The position numbers were made by a program, and so were the translations under genes. The notes beneath the pieces are model-generated. The model had not been told where the DNA came from. It did no database searches and saw only the letters and a list, made by a program, of their open reading frames with translations. Positions 50,570 to 62,840 of a stretch of 64,000 nucleotides of DNA are shown one piece after another. Position 1 is the first letter of the stretch. Every line of letters starts with the position of its first letter. Origin of the DNA: Eledone cirrhosa (Eukaryota); the NCBI GenBank assembly GCA_964016885.1, contig OZ024743.1:136214001-136278000 (forward strand). Direction: 5' to 3'.

Positions 50570-53500
50570 TACTTGGTGCTTGGTGCTTGGTGTTTGGTGC
50601 TTGGTTCTTGGTGTTTGGTGCTTGGTGCTTGGTGCTTGGTGTTTGGTGCTTGGTGCTTGGTGTTTGGTACTTGGTGCTTGGTGTTTGGTGTTTGGTGCTT
50701 GGTGTTTGGTGATTGGTGCTTGGTGCTTGGTGTTAAGTGTTTGGTGCTTGGTGCTTCGTGTTTGGTGCTTGGTGCTTGGTGCTTGGTGCTTGGTGTTTGG
50801 TGCATGGTGCTTGATGTTTGGGGCTTGGTGCCTGGTGCTTGGTGTTTGGTGCTTGGTGCTTGGTGCTTGGTGTTTGGTGTTTGGTGCTTGGTGCTTGGTG
50901 TTTGGTGCTTGGTGTTTGGTGCTTGGTGTTCGGTGCTTGATGCTTGGTGCTTGGTACTTGGTGTTAGGTTTTTGGTGCTTGGGGCTTGGTGTTTGGTGTT
51001 TGGTGCTTGGTGCTTGGTGTTTGGTGTTTGGTGCTTGGTGTTTGGTGTTTGGTGCTTTGTGCTTGGTGTTTGGTGCTGGGTGTATGGTGTTTGGTGCCTG
51101 GTGCTTGGTGCTTGGTGTTTGGTGTTTGGTGCTTGGTACTTGGTGTTTGGTGTTTGATGCTTGGCGTTTGATGCTTGTTGCTTGGTGCTTGGTGTTTTGT
51201 GTTTGGTGTTTGGTGCTTGGTGTATGTACTTGGTGCTTGGTGCTTGGTGTTTGGTGCTTGGTTCTTGGTGTTTGGTGCTTGGTGCTTGGTGCTTGGTGTT
51301 TGGTGCTTGGTGCTTGGTGTTTGGTGCTTGGTGTTTGGTGTTTGGTGCTTGGTGTTTGGTACTTGGTGCTTGGTGCTTGGTTTTAAGTGTTTTAGTGCTT
51401 GGTGCTTGGTGTTTGGTGCCTCGTGCTTGTTGCTTGGTGTTTGGTGCATGGTGCTTGGTGTTTGGGGCTTGGTGCCTGGTGCTTTGTGTTTGGTGCTAGG
51501 TGCTTGGTGCTTGGTCTTTGGTGATTGGTGCTTGGTGCTTGGTGCTTGGTGTTTGGTGCTTGGTGCTTGGTGCTTGGTTATTAGTGTTTGGTGCTTGGTG
51601 CTTGGGGTTTGGTGTTTGGTGCTTGGTGCTTGGTGTTTGGTGTTTGCTGTATGGTGTTTGCTGTTTCGTGTTTGGTGTTTGCTGTTTGGTGTTTAATGCT
51701 TGGTGCTTGGTGCTTGGTGTTTGGTGGTTGGTGCTTGGTGCTTGGTGATTGGCGTTTGCTCTTTGCTGTTTGGTGTTTGGTGCTTGCTGTTTGGTGTTTG
51801 GTGTTTGGTGTTTGGTGTTTGGTGCTTGCTGTTTGGTGCTTGGTGCTTGGTGTTTGGTGTTTGGTGTTTGGTGCTTGGTGCTTGGTGTTTGGTGGTTGGT
51901 GCTTGGTGCTGGGTGTTTGGTGCTTGGTGCTTGGTGTTTGGTGCTTGGTGCTTGGTGCTTGGTCTTTGGTGCTTGGTGTTTGGTGTTTGGTGCTTGGTGC
52001 TTGGTGTTTGGTGCTTGGGGCTTGGTGTTTGGTGCTTGGTGATTGCTGCTTGGTGTTTGGTGTTTGGTGCTTGGTGCTTGTTGCTTGGTGATTAGTGTTT
52101 GGTGCTTGGTGCTTGGTGCCTTGTGCTTGGTGCTTGGTGCTTGTTGTTTGGTGCTTGGTGCTTGGTGATTAGTGTTTGGTGCTTGGTGCTTGGTGCCTGG
52201 TGCTTGGTGCTTGTTGTTTGGTGCTTGGTGCTTGGTGATTAGTGTTTGGTGCCTGGTGCTTGGTGCTTGCTGTTTGGTGGTTGCTGTTTGGTGCTTGGTG
52301 TTTGGTGCTTGGTGCTTGGTGCTGGGTGGTTGGTGTTTGGTGCTTGGTGCTTGGTGTTTGGTGCTTGGTGCTTGGTGCTTGTTGTTTGGTGCTTGGTGAT
52401 TGGTCTTTGGTGCTTGGTGTTTGGTGTTTGGTGCTTGGTGCTTGGTGCTTGGTTTTTGGTGCTTGGTGCTTGGTGCTTGGTGTTTGGTGCTTGGTGCTTG
52501 GTGCTTGTTGTTTGGTGTTTGGTGCTTGGTGCTTGGTGTTTGGTGCTTGGTGCCTGGTGCTTGGTGTTTGGTGCTTGGTGCTTGGTGTTTGCTGATTGGT
52601 GCTTGGTGCTTGGTGCTTAGTGCTTGGTGTTTGGTGTTTGGTGTTTGGTGTTTGGTGTTTCGTGCTTGGTGTCTAGTGTTTGGGTTTTGGTGTTTGGTGC
52701 TTGGTGCTTAGTGTTTGGTGTTTGGTGCTTGGTGCTTGGTGTTTGGTGTTTGGTGCTTGGTGTTTGGTGCTGGGTGCTTTGTGCTTGGTGTTTGGTGCTG
52801 GGTGTATGGTGTTTGGTGCTTGGTGCTTGGTGCTTGGTGCTTGGTGTTTGGTGTTTGGTGCTTGGTACTTGGTGTTTGGTGTTTGATGCTTGGTGTTTGA
52901 TGCTTGTTGCTTGGTGCTTGGTGTTTTGTGTTTGGTGTTTGGTGCTTGGTGTACGTACTTGGTGCTTGGTGCTTGGTGTTTGGTGCTTGGTTCTTGGTGT
53001 TTGGTGCTTGGTGCTTGGTATTTGGTGCTTGGTGTTTGGTGTTTGGTGCTTGGTGTTTGGTACTTGGTGCTTGGTGCTTGGTGTTAAGTGTTTGGTGCTT
53101 GGTGCTTGGTGTTTGGTGCTTCGTGCTTGGTTCTTGGTGTTTGGTGCATGGTGCTTGGTGTTTGGGGCTTGGTGCCTGGTGCTTTGTGTTTGGTGCTAGG
53201 TGCTTGGTGCTTGGTCTTTGGTGTTTGGTGCTTGGTGCTTGGTGCTTGGTGTTTGGTGCTTGGTGCTTGGTGCTTGGTTATTAGTGTTTGGTGCTTGGTG
53301 CTTGGGGTTTGGTGTTTGGTGCTTGGTGCTTGGTGTTTGGTGTTTGCTGTATGGTGTTTGCTGTTTCTTGTTTGGTGTTTGCTGTTTGGTGTTTAATGCT
53401 TGGTGCTTGGTGCTTGGTGTTTGGTGCTTGGTGCTTGGTGCTTGGTGTTTGGCGTTTGCTCTTTGCTGTTTGGTGTTTGGTGCTTGCTGTTTGGTGTTTG

Positions 53501-56500
53501 GTGTTTGGTGTTTGGTGTTTGGTGCTTGCTGTTTGGTGCTTGGTGCTTGGTGCTGGGTGTTTGGTGCTTGGTGCTGGGTGTTTGGTGCTTGGTGCTTGGT
53601 GTTTGGTCCTTGGTGCTTGGTGCTTGGTCTTTGGTGCTTGGGGTTTGGTGTTTGGTGCTTGGTGCTTGGTGTTTGGTGCTTGGTGCTTGGTGCTTGGTGT
53701 TTGGTGTTTGGTGCTTGCTGCTTGGTGCTTGGTGTTTGGTGCTTGGTCCTTGGTGATTAGTGTTTGGTGCATGGTGCTTGGTGTTTGTTGTCTGGTGCTT
53801 GGTGCTTGGTGTTTGGTGCTTGGTGCTTGCTGTTTGGTGTTTGGTGTTTGGTGCTTGGTGCTTGGTGTTTGGTGCTTGGTGTTTGGTTCTTGGTGTATGT
53901 ACTTGGTGCTTGGTGCTTGGTGTTTGGTGCTTGGTTCTTGGTGTTTGGTACTTGGTGTTTGGTGTTTGGTGCTTGGTGTTTGGTGCTTGGTGTTTGGTGC
54001 TTGGTGCTTGGTGTTTGGTACTTGGTGCTTGGTGATTAGTGTTTGGTGCATGGTGCTTGGTGTTTGTTGTTTGGTGCTTGGTGCTTGGTGTTTGGTGCTT
54101 GGTGCTTCCTGTTTGGTGTTTGGTGTTTGGTGCTTGGTGCTTGGTGTTTGGTGCTTGGTGTTTGGTTCTTGGTGTATGTACTTGGTGCTTGGTGCTTGGT
54201 GTTTGGTGCTTGGTTCTTGGTGTTTGGTGCTTGGTGTTTGGTGTTTGGTGCTTGGTGTTTGGTGCTTGGTGCTTGGTGCTTGGTGTTAAGTGTTTGGTGC
54301 ATGGTGCTTGGTGTTTGGTGCTTCGTGCTTGGTGCTTGGTGTTTGGTGCATGGTGCTTGATGTTTGGGGCTTGGTGCCTGGTGCTTGGTGTTTGGTGCTT
54401 GGTGCTTGGTGCTTGGTGTTTGGTCTTTGGTGCTTGGTGCTTGGTGTTTGGTGCTTGGTGTTTGGTGCTTGGTGTTCAGTGCTTGGTGCTTGGTGCTTGG
54501 TACTTGGTGTTAGGTTTTTGGTGCTTGGGGCTTGGTGTTTGGTGTTTGGTGCTTGGTGCTTGGTGTTTGGTGTTTGGTGCTTGGTGTTTGGTGCTTGGTG
54601 CTTTGTGCTTGGTGTTTGGTGCTGGGTGTATGGTGTTTGGTGCTTGGTGCTTGGTGCTTGGTGTTTGGTGTTTGGTGCTTGGTACTTGGTGTTTGGTGTT
54701 TGATGCTTGGTGTTTGATGCTTGTTGCTTGGTGCTTGGTGTTTTGTGTTTGCTGTTTGGTGCTTGGTGTTTGGTGCTTGGTGCTTGGTGTTTGGTGCTTG
54801 GTGTTTGGTGTTTGGTGTTTGGTGTTTGGTGCTTGGTGCTTGGTGTTTGGTGCTTGGTGCTTGGTGCTGGGTGTTTGGTGCTTGGTGCTTGGTGTTTGGT
54901 GCTTGGTGCTTGATGCTTGGTGCTTGGTGTTTGGTCCTTGGTCCTTGGTGCTTGGTCTTTGGTGCTTGGGGTTTGGTGTTTGGTGCTTGGTGCTTGGTGT
55001 TTGGTGCTTGGTGCTTGGTGCTTGGTGTTTGGTGTTTGGTGCTTGCTGCTTGGTGCTTGGTGTTTGGTGCTTGGTGCTTGGTGATTAGTGTTTGGTGCAT
55101 GGTGCTTGGTGTTTGTTGTTTGGTGCTTGGTGCTTGGTGTTTGGTGCTTGGTGCTTGGTGTTTGGTGCTTGGTGTTTGGTGCTTGGTGTATGTACTTGGT
55201 GCTTGGTGCTTGGTGTTTGGTGCTTGGTTCTTGGTGTTTGGTGCTTGGTGCTTGGTGCTTGGTGTTTGGAGCTTGGTGCTTGGTGTTTGGTACTTGGTGC
55301 TTGGTGTTTGGTGTTTGGTGCTTGGTGTTTGGTGCTTGGTGCTTGGTGCTTGGTGTTAAGTGTTTGGTGCTTGGTGCTTCGTGTTTGGTGCTTCGTGCTT
55401 GGTGCTTGGTGTTTGGTGCATGGTGCTTGATGTTTGGGGCTTGGTGCCTGGTGCTTGGTGTTTGGTGCTTGGTGCTTGGTGCTTGGTGTTTGGTGTTTGG
55501 TGCTTGGTGCTTGGTGTTTGGTGCTTGGTGTTTGGTGCTTGGTGTTCGGTGCTTGGTGCTTGGTGCTTGGTACTTGGTGTTAGGTTTTTGGTGCTTGGGG
55601 CTTGGTGTTTGGTGTTTGGTGCTTGGTGCTTGGTGTTTGGTGTTTGGTGCTTGGTGTTTGGTGTTTGGTGCTTTGTGCTTGGTGTTTGGTGCTGGGTGTA
55701 TGGTGTTTGGTGCTTGGTGCTTGGTGCTTGGTGTTTGGTGTTTGGTGCTTGGTACTTGGTGTTTGGTGTTTGATGCTTGGTGTTTGATGCTTGTTGCTTG
55801 GTGCTTGGTGTTTTTTCTTTGGTGTTTGGTGCTTGGTGTATGTACTTGGTGCTTGGTGCTTGGTGTTTGGTGCTTGGTTCTTGGTGTTTGGTGCTTGGTG
55901 CTTGGTGCGTGGTGTTTGGTGCTTGGTGCTTGGTGTTTGGTGCTTAGTGTTTGGTGTTTGGTGCTTGGTGTTTGGTACTTGGTGCTTGGTGCTTTGTTTT
56001 AAGTGTTTAGTGCTTGGTGCTTGGTGTTTGGTGCTTCGTGCTTGGTGCTTGGTGTTTGGTGCATGGTGCTTGGTGTTTGGGGCTTGGTGCCTGGTGCTTT
56101 GTGTTTGGTGCTAGGTGCTTGGTGCTTGGTCTTTGGTGCTTGGTGCTTGGTGCTTGGTGCTTGGTGTTTGGTGCTTGGTGCTTGGTGCTTGGTTATTAGT
56201 GTTTGGTGCTTGGTGCTTGGGGTTTGGTGTTTGGTGCTTGGTGCTTGGTGTTTGGTGTTTGCTGTATGGTGTTTGCTGTTTCGTGTTTGGTGTTTGCTGT
56301 TTGGTGTTTAATGCTTGGTGCTTGGTGCTTGGTGTTTGGTGCTTGGTGCTTGGTGCTTGGTGTTTGGCGTTTGCTCTTTGCTGTTTGGTGTTTGGTGCTT
56401 GCTGTTTGGTGTTTGGTGTTTGGTGTTTGGTGTTTGGTGCTTGCTGTTTGGTGCTTGGTGCTTGGTGTTTGGTGTTTGGTGTTTGGTGCTTGGTGCTTGG

Positions 56501-59330
56501 TGTTTGGTGGTTGGTGCTTGGTGCTGGGTGTTTGGTGCTTGGTGCTTGGTGTTTGGTGCTTGGTGCTTGGTGCTTGGTGCTTGGTCTTTGGTGCTTGGTG
56601 TTTGGTGTTTGGTGCTTGGTGCTTGGTGTTTGGTGCTTGGGGCTTGGTGTTTGGTGCTTGGTGATTGCTGCTTGGTGTTTGGTGTTTGGTGCTTGGTGCT
56701 TGGTGCTTGGTGATTAGTGTTTGGTGCTTAGTGCTTGGTGCCTTGTGCTTGGTGCTTGGTGCTTGTTGTTTGGTGCTTGGAGCTTGGTGATTAGTGTTTG
56801 GTGCTTGGTGCTTGGTGCCTGGTGCTTGGTGCTTGTTGTTTGGTGCTTGGTGCTTGGTGATTAATGTTTGGTGCCTGGTGCTTGGTGCTTGCTGTTTGGT
56901 GGTTGCTGTTTGGTGCTTGGTGTTTGGTGCTTGGTGCTTGGTGCTGGGTGGTTGGTGTTTGGTGCTTGGTGCTTGGTGTTTGGTGCTTGGTGCTTGGTGC
57001 TTGTTGTTTGGTGCTTGGTGCTTGGTCTTTGGTGCCTGGTGTTTGGTGTGTGGTGCTTGGTGCTTGGTGCTTGGTTTTTGGTGCTTGGTGCTTGGTGCTT
57101 GGTGTTTGGTGCTTGGTGCTTGGTGCTTGTTGTTTGGTGTTTGGTGCTTGGTGCTTGGTGTTTGGTGCTTGGTGCCTGGTGCTTGGTGTTTGGTGCTTGG
57201 TGCTTGGTGTTTGCTGATTGGTGCTTGGTGCTTGGTGCTTAGTGCTTGGTGTTTGGTGTTTGGTGTTTGGTGTTTGGTGTTTGGTGTTTCGTGCTTGGTG
57301 TCTAGTGTTTGGGTTTTGGTGTTTGGTGCTTTGTGCTTAGTGTTTGATGTTTGGTGCTTGGTGCTTGGTGTTTGGTGTTTGGTGCTTGGTGTTTGGTGCT
57401 GGGTGCTTTGTGCTTGGTGTTTGGTGCTGGGTGTATGGTGTTTGGTGCTTGGTGCTTGGTGCTTGGTGTTTGGTGTTTGGTGCTTGGTACTTGGTGTTTG
57501 GTGTTTGATGCTTGGTGTTTGATGCTTGTTGCTTGGTGCTTGGTGTTTTGTGTTTGGTGTTTGGTGCTTGGTGTATATACTTGGTGCTTGGTGCTTGGTG
57601 TTTGGTGCTTGGTTCTTGGTGTTTGGTGCTTGGTGCTTGGTGTTTGGTGCTTGGTGTTTGGTGTTTGGTGCTTGGTGTTTGGTACTTGGTGCTTGGTGCT
57701 TGGTGTTAAGTGTTTGGTGCTTGGTGCTTGGTGTTTGGTGCTTCGTGCTTGGTGTTTGGGGCTTGGTGCCTGGTGCTTTGTGTTTGGTGCTAGGTGCTTG
57801 GTGCTTGGTCTTTGGTGTTTGGTGCTTGGTGCTTGGTGCTTGGTGTTTGGTGCTTGGTGCTTGGTGCTTGGTTATTAATGTTTGGTGCTTGGTGCTTGGG
57901 GTTTGGTGTTTGGTGCTTGGTGCTTGGTGTTTGGTGTTTGTTGTATGGTGTTTGCTGTTTCGTGTTTGGTGTTTGCTGTTTGGTGTTTAATGCTTGGTGC
58001 TTGGTGCTTGGTGTTTGGTGCTTGGTGCTTGGTGCTTGGTGTTTGGCGTTTGCTCTTTGCTGTTTGGTGTTTGGTGCTTGCTGTTTGGTGTTTGGTGTTT
58101 GGTGTTTGGTGTTTGGTGCTTGCTGTTTGGTGCTTGGTGCTTGGTGCTGGGTGTTTGGTGCTTGGTGCTGGGTGTTTGGTGCTTGGTGCTTGGTGTTTGG
58201 TCCTTGGTGCTTGGTGCTTGGTCTTTGGTGCTTGGGGTTTGGTGTTTGGTGCTTGGTGCTCTGTGTTTGGTGCTTGGTGCTTGGTGCTTGGTGTTTGGTG
58301 TTTGGTGCTTGCTGCTTGGTGCTTGGTGTTTGGTGCTTGGTCCTTGGTGATTAGTGTTTGGTGCATGGTGCTTGGTGTTTGTTGTTTGGTGCTTGGTGCT
58401 TGGTGTTTGGTGCTTGGTGCTTGCTGTTTGGTGTTTGGTGTTTGGTGCTTGGTGCTTGGTGTTTGGTGCTTGGTGTTTGGTTCTTGGTGTATGTACTTGG
58501 TGCTTGGTGCTTGGTGTTTGGTGCTTGGTTCTTGGTGTTTGGTGCTTGGTGTTTGGTGCTTGGTGTTTGGTGCTTGGTGCTTGGTGTTTGGTACTTGGTG
58601 CTTGGTGATTAGTGTTTGGTGCATGGTGCTTGGTGTTTGTTGTTTGGTGCTTGGTGCTTGGTGATTGGTGCTTGGTGCTTGCTGTTTGGTGTTTGGTGTT
58701 TGGTGCTTGGTGCTTGGTGTTTGGTGCTTGGTGTTTGGTTCTTGGTGTATGTACTTGGTGCTTGGTGCTTGGTGTTTGGTGCTTGGTTCTTGGTGTTTGG
58801 TTCTTGGTGTTTGGTGTTTGGTGCTTGGTGTTTGGTGCTTGGTGCTTGGTGCTTGGTGTTAAGTGTTTGGTGCATGGTGCTTGGTGTTTGGTGCTTCGTG
58901 CTTGGTGCTTGGTGTTTGGTGCATGGTGCTTGATGTTTGGGGCTTGGTGCCTGGTGCTTGGTGTTTGGTGCTTGGTGCTTGGTGCTTGGTGTTTGGTGTT
59001 TGGTGCTTGGTGCTTGGTGTTTGGTGCTTGGTGTTTGGTGCTTGGTGTTCGGTGCTTGGTGCTTGGTGCTTGGTACTTGGTGTTAGGTTTTTGGTGCTTG
59101 GGGCTTGGTGTTTGGTGTTTGGTGCTTGGTGCTTGGTGTTTGGTGTTTGGTGCTTGGTGTTTGGTGCTTGGTGCTTTGTGCTTGGTGTTTGGTGCTGGGT
59201 GTATGGTGTTTGGTGCTTGGTGCTTGGTGCTTGGTGTTTGGTGTTTGGTGCTTGGTACTTGGTGTTTGGTGTTTGATGCTTGGTGTTTGATGCTTGTTGC
59301 TTGGTGCTTGGTGTTTTGTGTTTGGTGTTT
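50570..59330 (+). repeat. Older, more diverged duplication at a ~4.57-4.62 kb offset, with a third partial copy at about 62490-64000
   Basis: Offsets 50986/55602, 51588/56203, 52172/56794, 53200/57794, 54039/58612. The third copy is at +6956 from the second (55602/62558, 56003/62959, 56203/63159). All three share the TTTTAAGTGT...TTAGTGC mark (~51381, ~55997, ~62953). Confidence 0.85.
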
Positions 59331-62300
59331 GGTGCTTGGTGTTTGGTGCTTGGTGCTTGGTGTTTGGTGCTTGGTGTTTGGTGTTTGGTGCTTGGTGTTT
59401 GTTACTTGGTGCTTGGTGCTTGGTGTTAAGTGTTTGGTGCTTGGTGCTTGGTGTTTGGTGCTTCGTGCTTGGTGCTTGGTCTCTGGTGCATGGTGCTTGG
59501 TGTTTGAGGCTTGGTGCCTGGTGCTTTCTGTTTGGTGCTAGGTGCTTGGTGCTTGGTCTTTGGTGTTTGGTGTTGGTGCTTGGTGCTTGGTGTTTGGTGC
59601 TTGGTGATTGGTGCTTGGTGCTTGGTTATTAGTGTTTGGTGCTTGGTGCTTGTGGTTTGGTGTTTGGTGCTTGGTGCTTGGTGTTTGGTGTTTGCTGTAT
59701 GGTGTTTGCTGTTTCGTGTTTGGTGTTTGCTGTTTGGTGTTTAATGCTTGGTGCATGGTGTTTGGTGTTTGGTGTTTGGTGTTTGGTGTTTGGTGCTTGC
59801 TGTTTGGTGCTTGGTGCTTGGTGTTTGGTGTTTGGTGTTTGGTGCTTGGTGCTTGGTGTTTGGTGCTTGGTGCTTGGTGCTGGGTGTTTGGTGCTTGGTG
59901 CTTGGTGTTTGGTGCTTGGTGCTTGATGCTTGGTGCTTGGTGTTTGTTGTTTGGTGCTTGGTGCTTGGTGTTTGGTGCTTGGTGCTTGCTGTTTGGTGTT
60001 TGGTGTTTGGTGCTTGGTGCTTGGTCTTTGGTGTTTGGTGTTTGGTGTTTGGTGCTAGGTGCTTGGTGTTTGGTGCTTGGTGTTTGGTGCTTGGTATTCG
60101 GTGCTTGGTGCTTGGTGCTTGGTACTTGGTGTTAGGTTTTTGGTGCTTGGGGCTTGGTGTTTGGTGTTTGGTGCTTGGTGCTTGGTATTTGGTGTTTGGT
60201 GCTTGGTGTTTGGTGTTTGGTGCTTTGTGCTTGGTGTTTGGTGCTGGGTGTATGGTGTTTGGTGCTTGGTGCTTGGTGCTTGGTGTTTGGTGTTTGGTGC
60301 TTGGTACTTGGTGTTTGGTGTTTGATGCTTGGTGTTTGATGCTTGTTGCTTGGTGCTTGGTGTTTTGTGTTTGGTGTTTGGTGCTTGGTGTATGTACTTG
60401 GTGCTTGGTGCTTGGTGTTTGGTGCTTGGTTCTTGGTGCTTGGTGTTTGGCGTTTGCTCTTTGCTGTTTGGTGTTTGGTGCTTGCTGTTTGGTGTTTGGT
60501 GTTTGGTGTTTGGTGTTTGGTGCTTGCTGTTTGGTGCTTGGTGCTTGGTGCTGGGTGTTTGGTGCTTGGTGCTGGGTGTTTGGTGCTTGGTGCTTGGTGT
60601 TTGGTCCTTGGTGCTTGGTGCTTGGTCTTTGGTGCTTGGGGTTTGGTGTTTGGTGCTTGGTGCTCGGTGTTTGGTGCTTGGTGCTTGGTGCTTGGTGTTT
60701 GGTGTTTGGTGCTTGCTGCTTGGTGCTTGGTGTTTGGTGCTTGGTCCTTGGTGATTAGTGTTTGGTGCATGGTGCTTGGTGTTTGTTGTTTGGTGCTTGG
60801 TGCTTGGTGTTTGGTGCTTGGTGCTTGCTGTTTGGTGTTTGGTGTTTGGTGCTTGGTGCTTGGTGTTTGGTGCTTGGTGTTTGGTTCTTGGTGTATGTAC
60901 TTGGTGCTTGGTGCTTGGTGTTTGGTGCTTGGTTCTTGGTGTTTGGTGCTTGGTGTTTGGTGCTTGGTGTTTGGTGCTTGGTGCTTGGTGTTTGGTACTT
61001 GGTGCTTGGTGATTAGTGTTTGGTGCATGGTGCTTGGTGTTTGTTGTTTGGTGCTTGGTGCTTGGTGATTGGTGCTTGGTGCTTGCTGTTTGGTGTTTGG
61101 TGTTTGGTGCTTGGTGCTTGGTGTTTGGTGCTTGGTGTTTGGTTCTTGGTGTATGTACTTGGTGCTTGGTGCTTGGTGTTTGGTGCTTGGTTCTTGGTGT
61201 TTGGTGCTTGGTGTTTGGTGTTTGGTGCTTGGTGTTTGGTGCTTGGTGCTTGGTGCTTGGTGTTAAGTGTTTGGTGCATGGTGCTTGGTGTTTGGTGCTT
61301 CGTGCTTGGTGCTTGGTGTTTGGTGCATGGTGCTTGATGTTTGGGGCTTGGTGCCTGGTGCTTGGTGTTTGGTGCTTGGTGCTTGGTGCTTGGTGTTTGG
61401 TGTTTGGTGCTTGGTGCTTTGTGTTTGGTGCTTGGTGTTTGGTGCTTGGTGTTCGGTGCTTGGTGCTTGGTGCTTGGTACTTGGTGTTAGGTTTTTGGTG
61501 CTTGGGGCTTGGTGTTTGGTGTTTGGTGCTTGGTGCTTGGTGTTTGGTGTTTGGTGCTTGGTGTTTGGTGCTTGGTGCTTTGTGCTTGGTGTTTGGTGCT
61601 GGGTGTATGGTGTTTGGTGCTTGGTGCTTGGTGCTTGGTGTTTGGTGTTTGGTGCTTGGTACTTGGTGTTTGGTGTTTGATGCTTGGTGTTTGATGCTTG
61701 TTGCTTGGTGCTTGGTGTTTTGTGTTTGGTGTTTGGTGCTTGGTGTTTGGTGCTTGGTGCTTGGTGTTTGGTGCTTGGTGTTTGGTGTTTGGTGCTTGGT
61801 GTTTGTTACTTGGTGCTTGGTGCTTGGTGTTAAGTGTTTGGTGCTTGGTGCTTGGTGTTTGGTGCTTCGTGCTTGGTGCTTGGTCTCTGGTGCATGGTGC
61901 TTGGTGTTTGAGGCTTGGTGCCTGGTGCTTTGTGTTTGGTGCTAGGTGCTTGGTGCTTGGTCTTTGGTGTTTGGTGTTGGTGCTTGTTGCTTGGTGTTTG
62001 GTGCTTGGTGATTGGTGCTTGGTGCTTGGTTATTAGTGTTTGGTGCTTGGTGCTTGTGGTTTGGTGTTTGGTGCTTGGTGCTTGGTGTTTGGTGTTTGCT
62101 GTATGGTGTTTGCTGTTTCGTGTTTGGTGTTTGCTGTTTGGTGTTTAATGCTTGGTGCATGGTGTTTGGTGTTTGGTGTTTGGTGTTTGGTGTTTGGTGC
62201 TTGCTGTTTGGTGCTTGGTGCTTGGTGTTTGGTGTTTGGTGTTTGGTGCTTGGTGCTTGGTGTTTGGTGCTTGGTGCTTGGTGCTGGGTGTTTGGTGCTT

Positions 62301-62840
62301 GGTGCTTGGTGTTTGGTGCTTGGTGCTTGATGCTTGGTGCTTGGTGTTTGTTGTTTGGTGCTTGGTGCTTGGTGTTTGGTGCTTGGTGCTTGCTGTTTGG
62401 TGTTTGGTGTTTGGTGCTTGGTGCTTGGTCTTTGGTGTTTGGTGTTTGGTGTTTGGTGCTAGGTGCTTGGTGTTTGGTGCTTGGTGTTTGGTGCTTGGTG
62501 TTCGGTGCTTGGTGCTTGGTGCTTGGTACTTGGTGTTAGGTTTTTGGTGCTTGGGGCTTGGTGTTTGGTGTTTGGTGCTTGGTGCTTGGTATTTGGTGTT
62601 TGGTGCTTGGTGTTTGGTGTTTGGTGCTTTGTGCTTGGTGTTTGGTGCTGGGTGTATGGTGTTTGGTGCTTGGTGCTTGGTGCTTGGTGTTTGGTGTTTG
62701 GTGCTTGGTACTTGGTGTTTGGTGTTTGATGCTTGGTGTTTGATGCTTGTTGCTTGGTGCTTGGTGTTTTGTGTTTGGTGTTTGGTGCTTGGTGTATGTA
62801 CTTGGTGCTTGGTGCTTGGTGTTTGGTGCTTGGTTCTTGG
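58030..62840 (+). repeat. Tandem duplication, unit 2404 bp, junction at ~60435
   Basis: Constant 2404 offset: 58354/60758, 58612/61016, 59748/62152, 60329/62733. Both copies share the private marks GTTACTT, GTCTCTGG, TTGAGGC and the 6-mer TTGGTG (~59568/~61972). Confidence 0.92.

Noticed and set aside
600-62160. Long - strand ORFs (up to 554 aa) of KHQAPST/KHQTPNT repeats that resemble mucins or the RNA polymerase II CTD heptads
   Set aside because: The reverse-complement consensus lacks stops in all frames, so long ORFs are expected. The 7-aa period derives from a 7-nt period, not a 21-nt coding repeat. There is no signal peptide or flanking non-repetitive exon.
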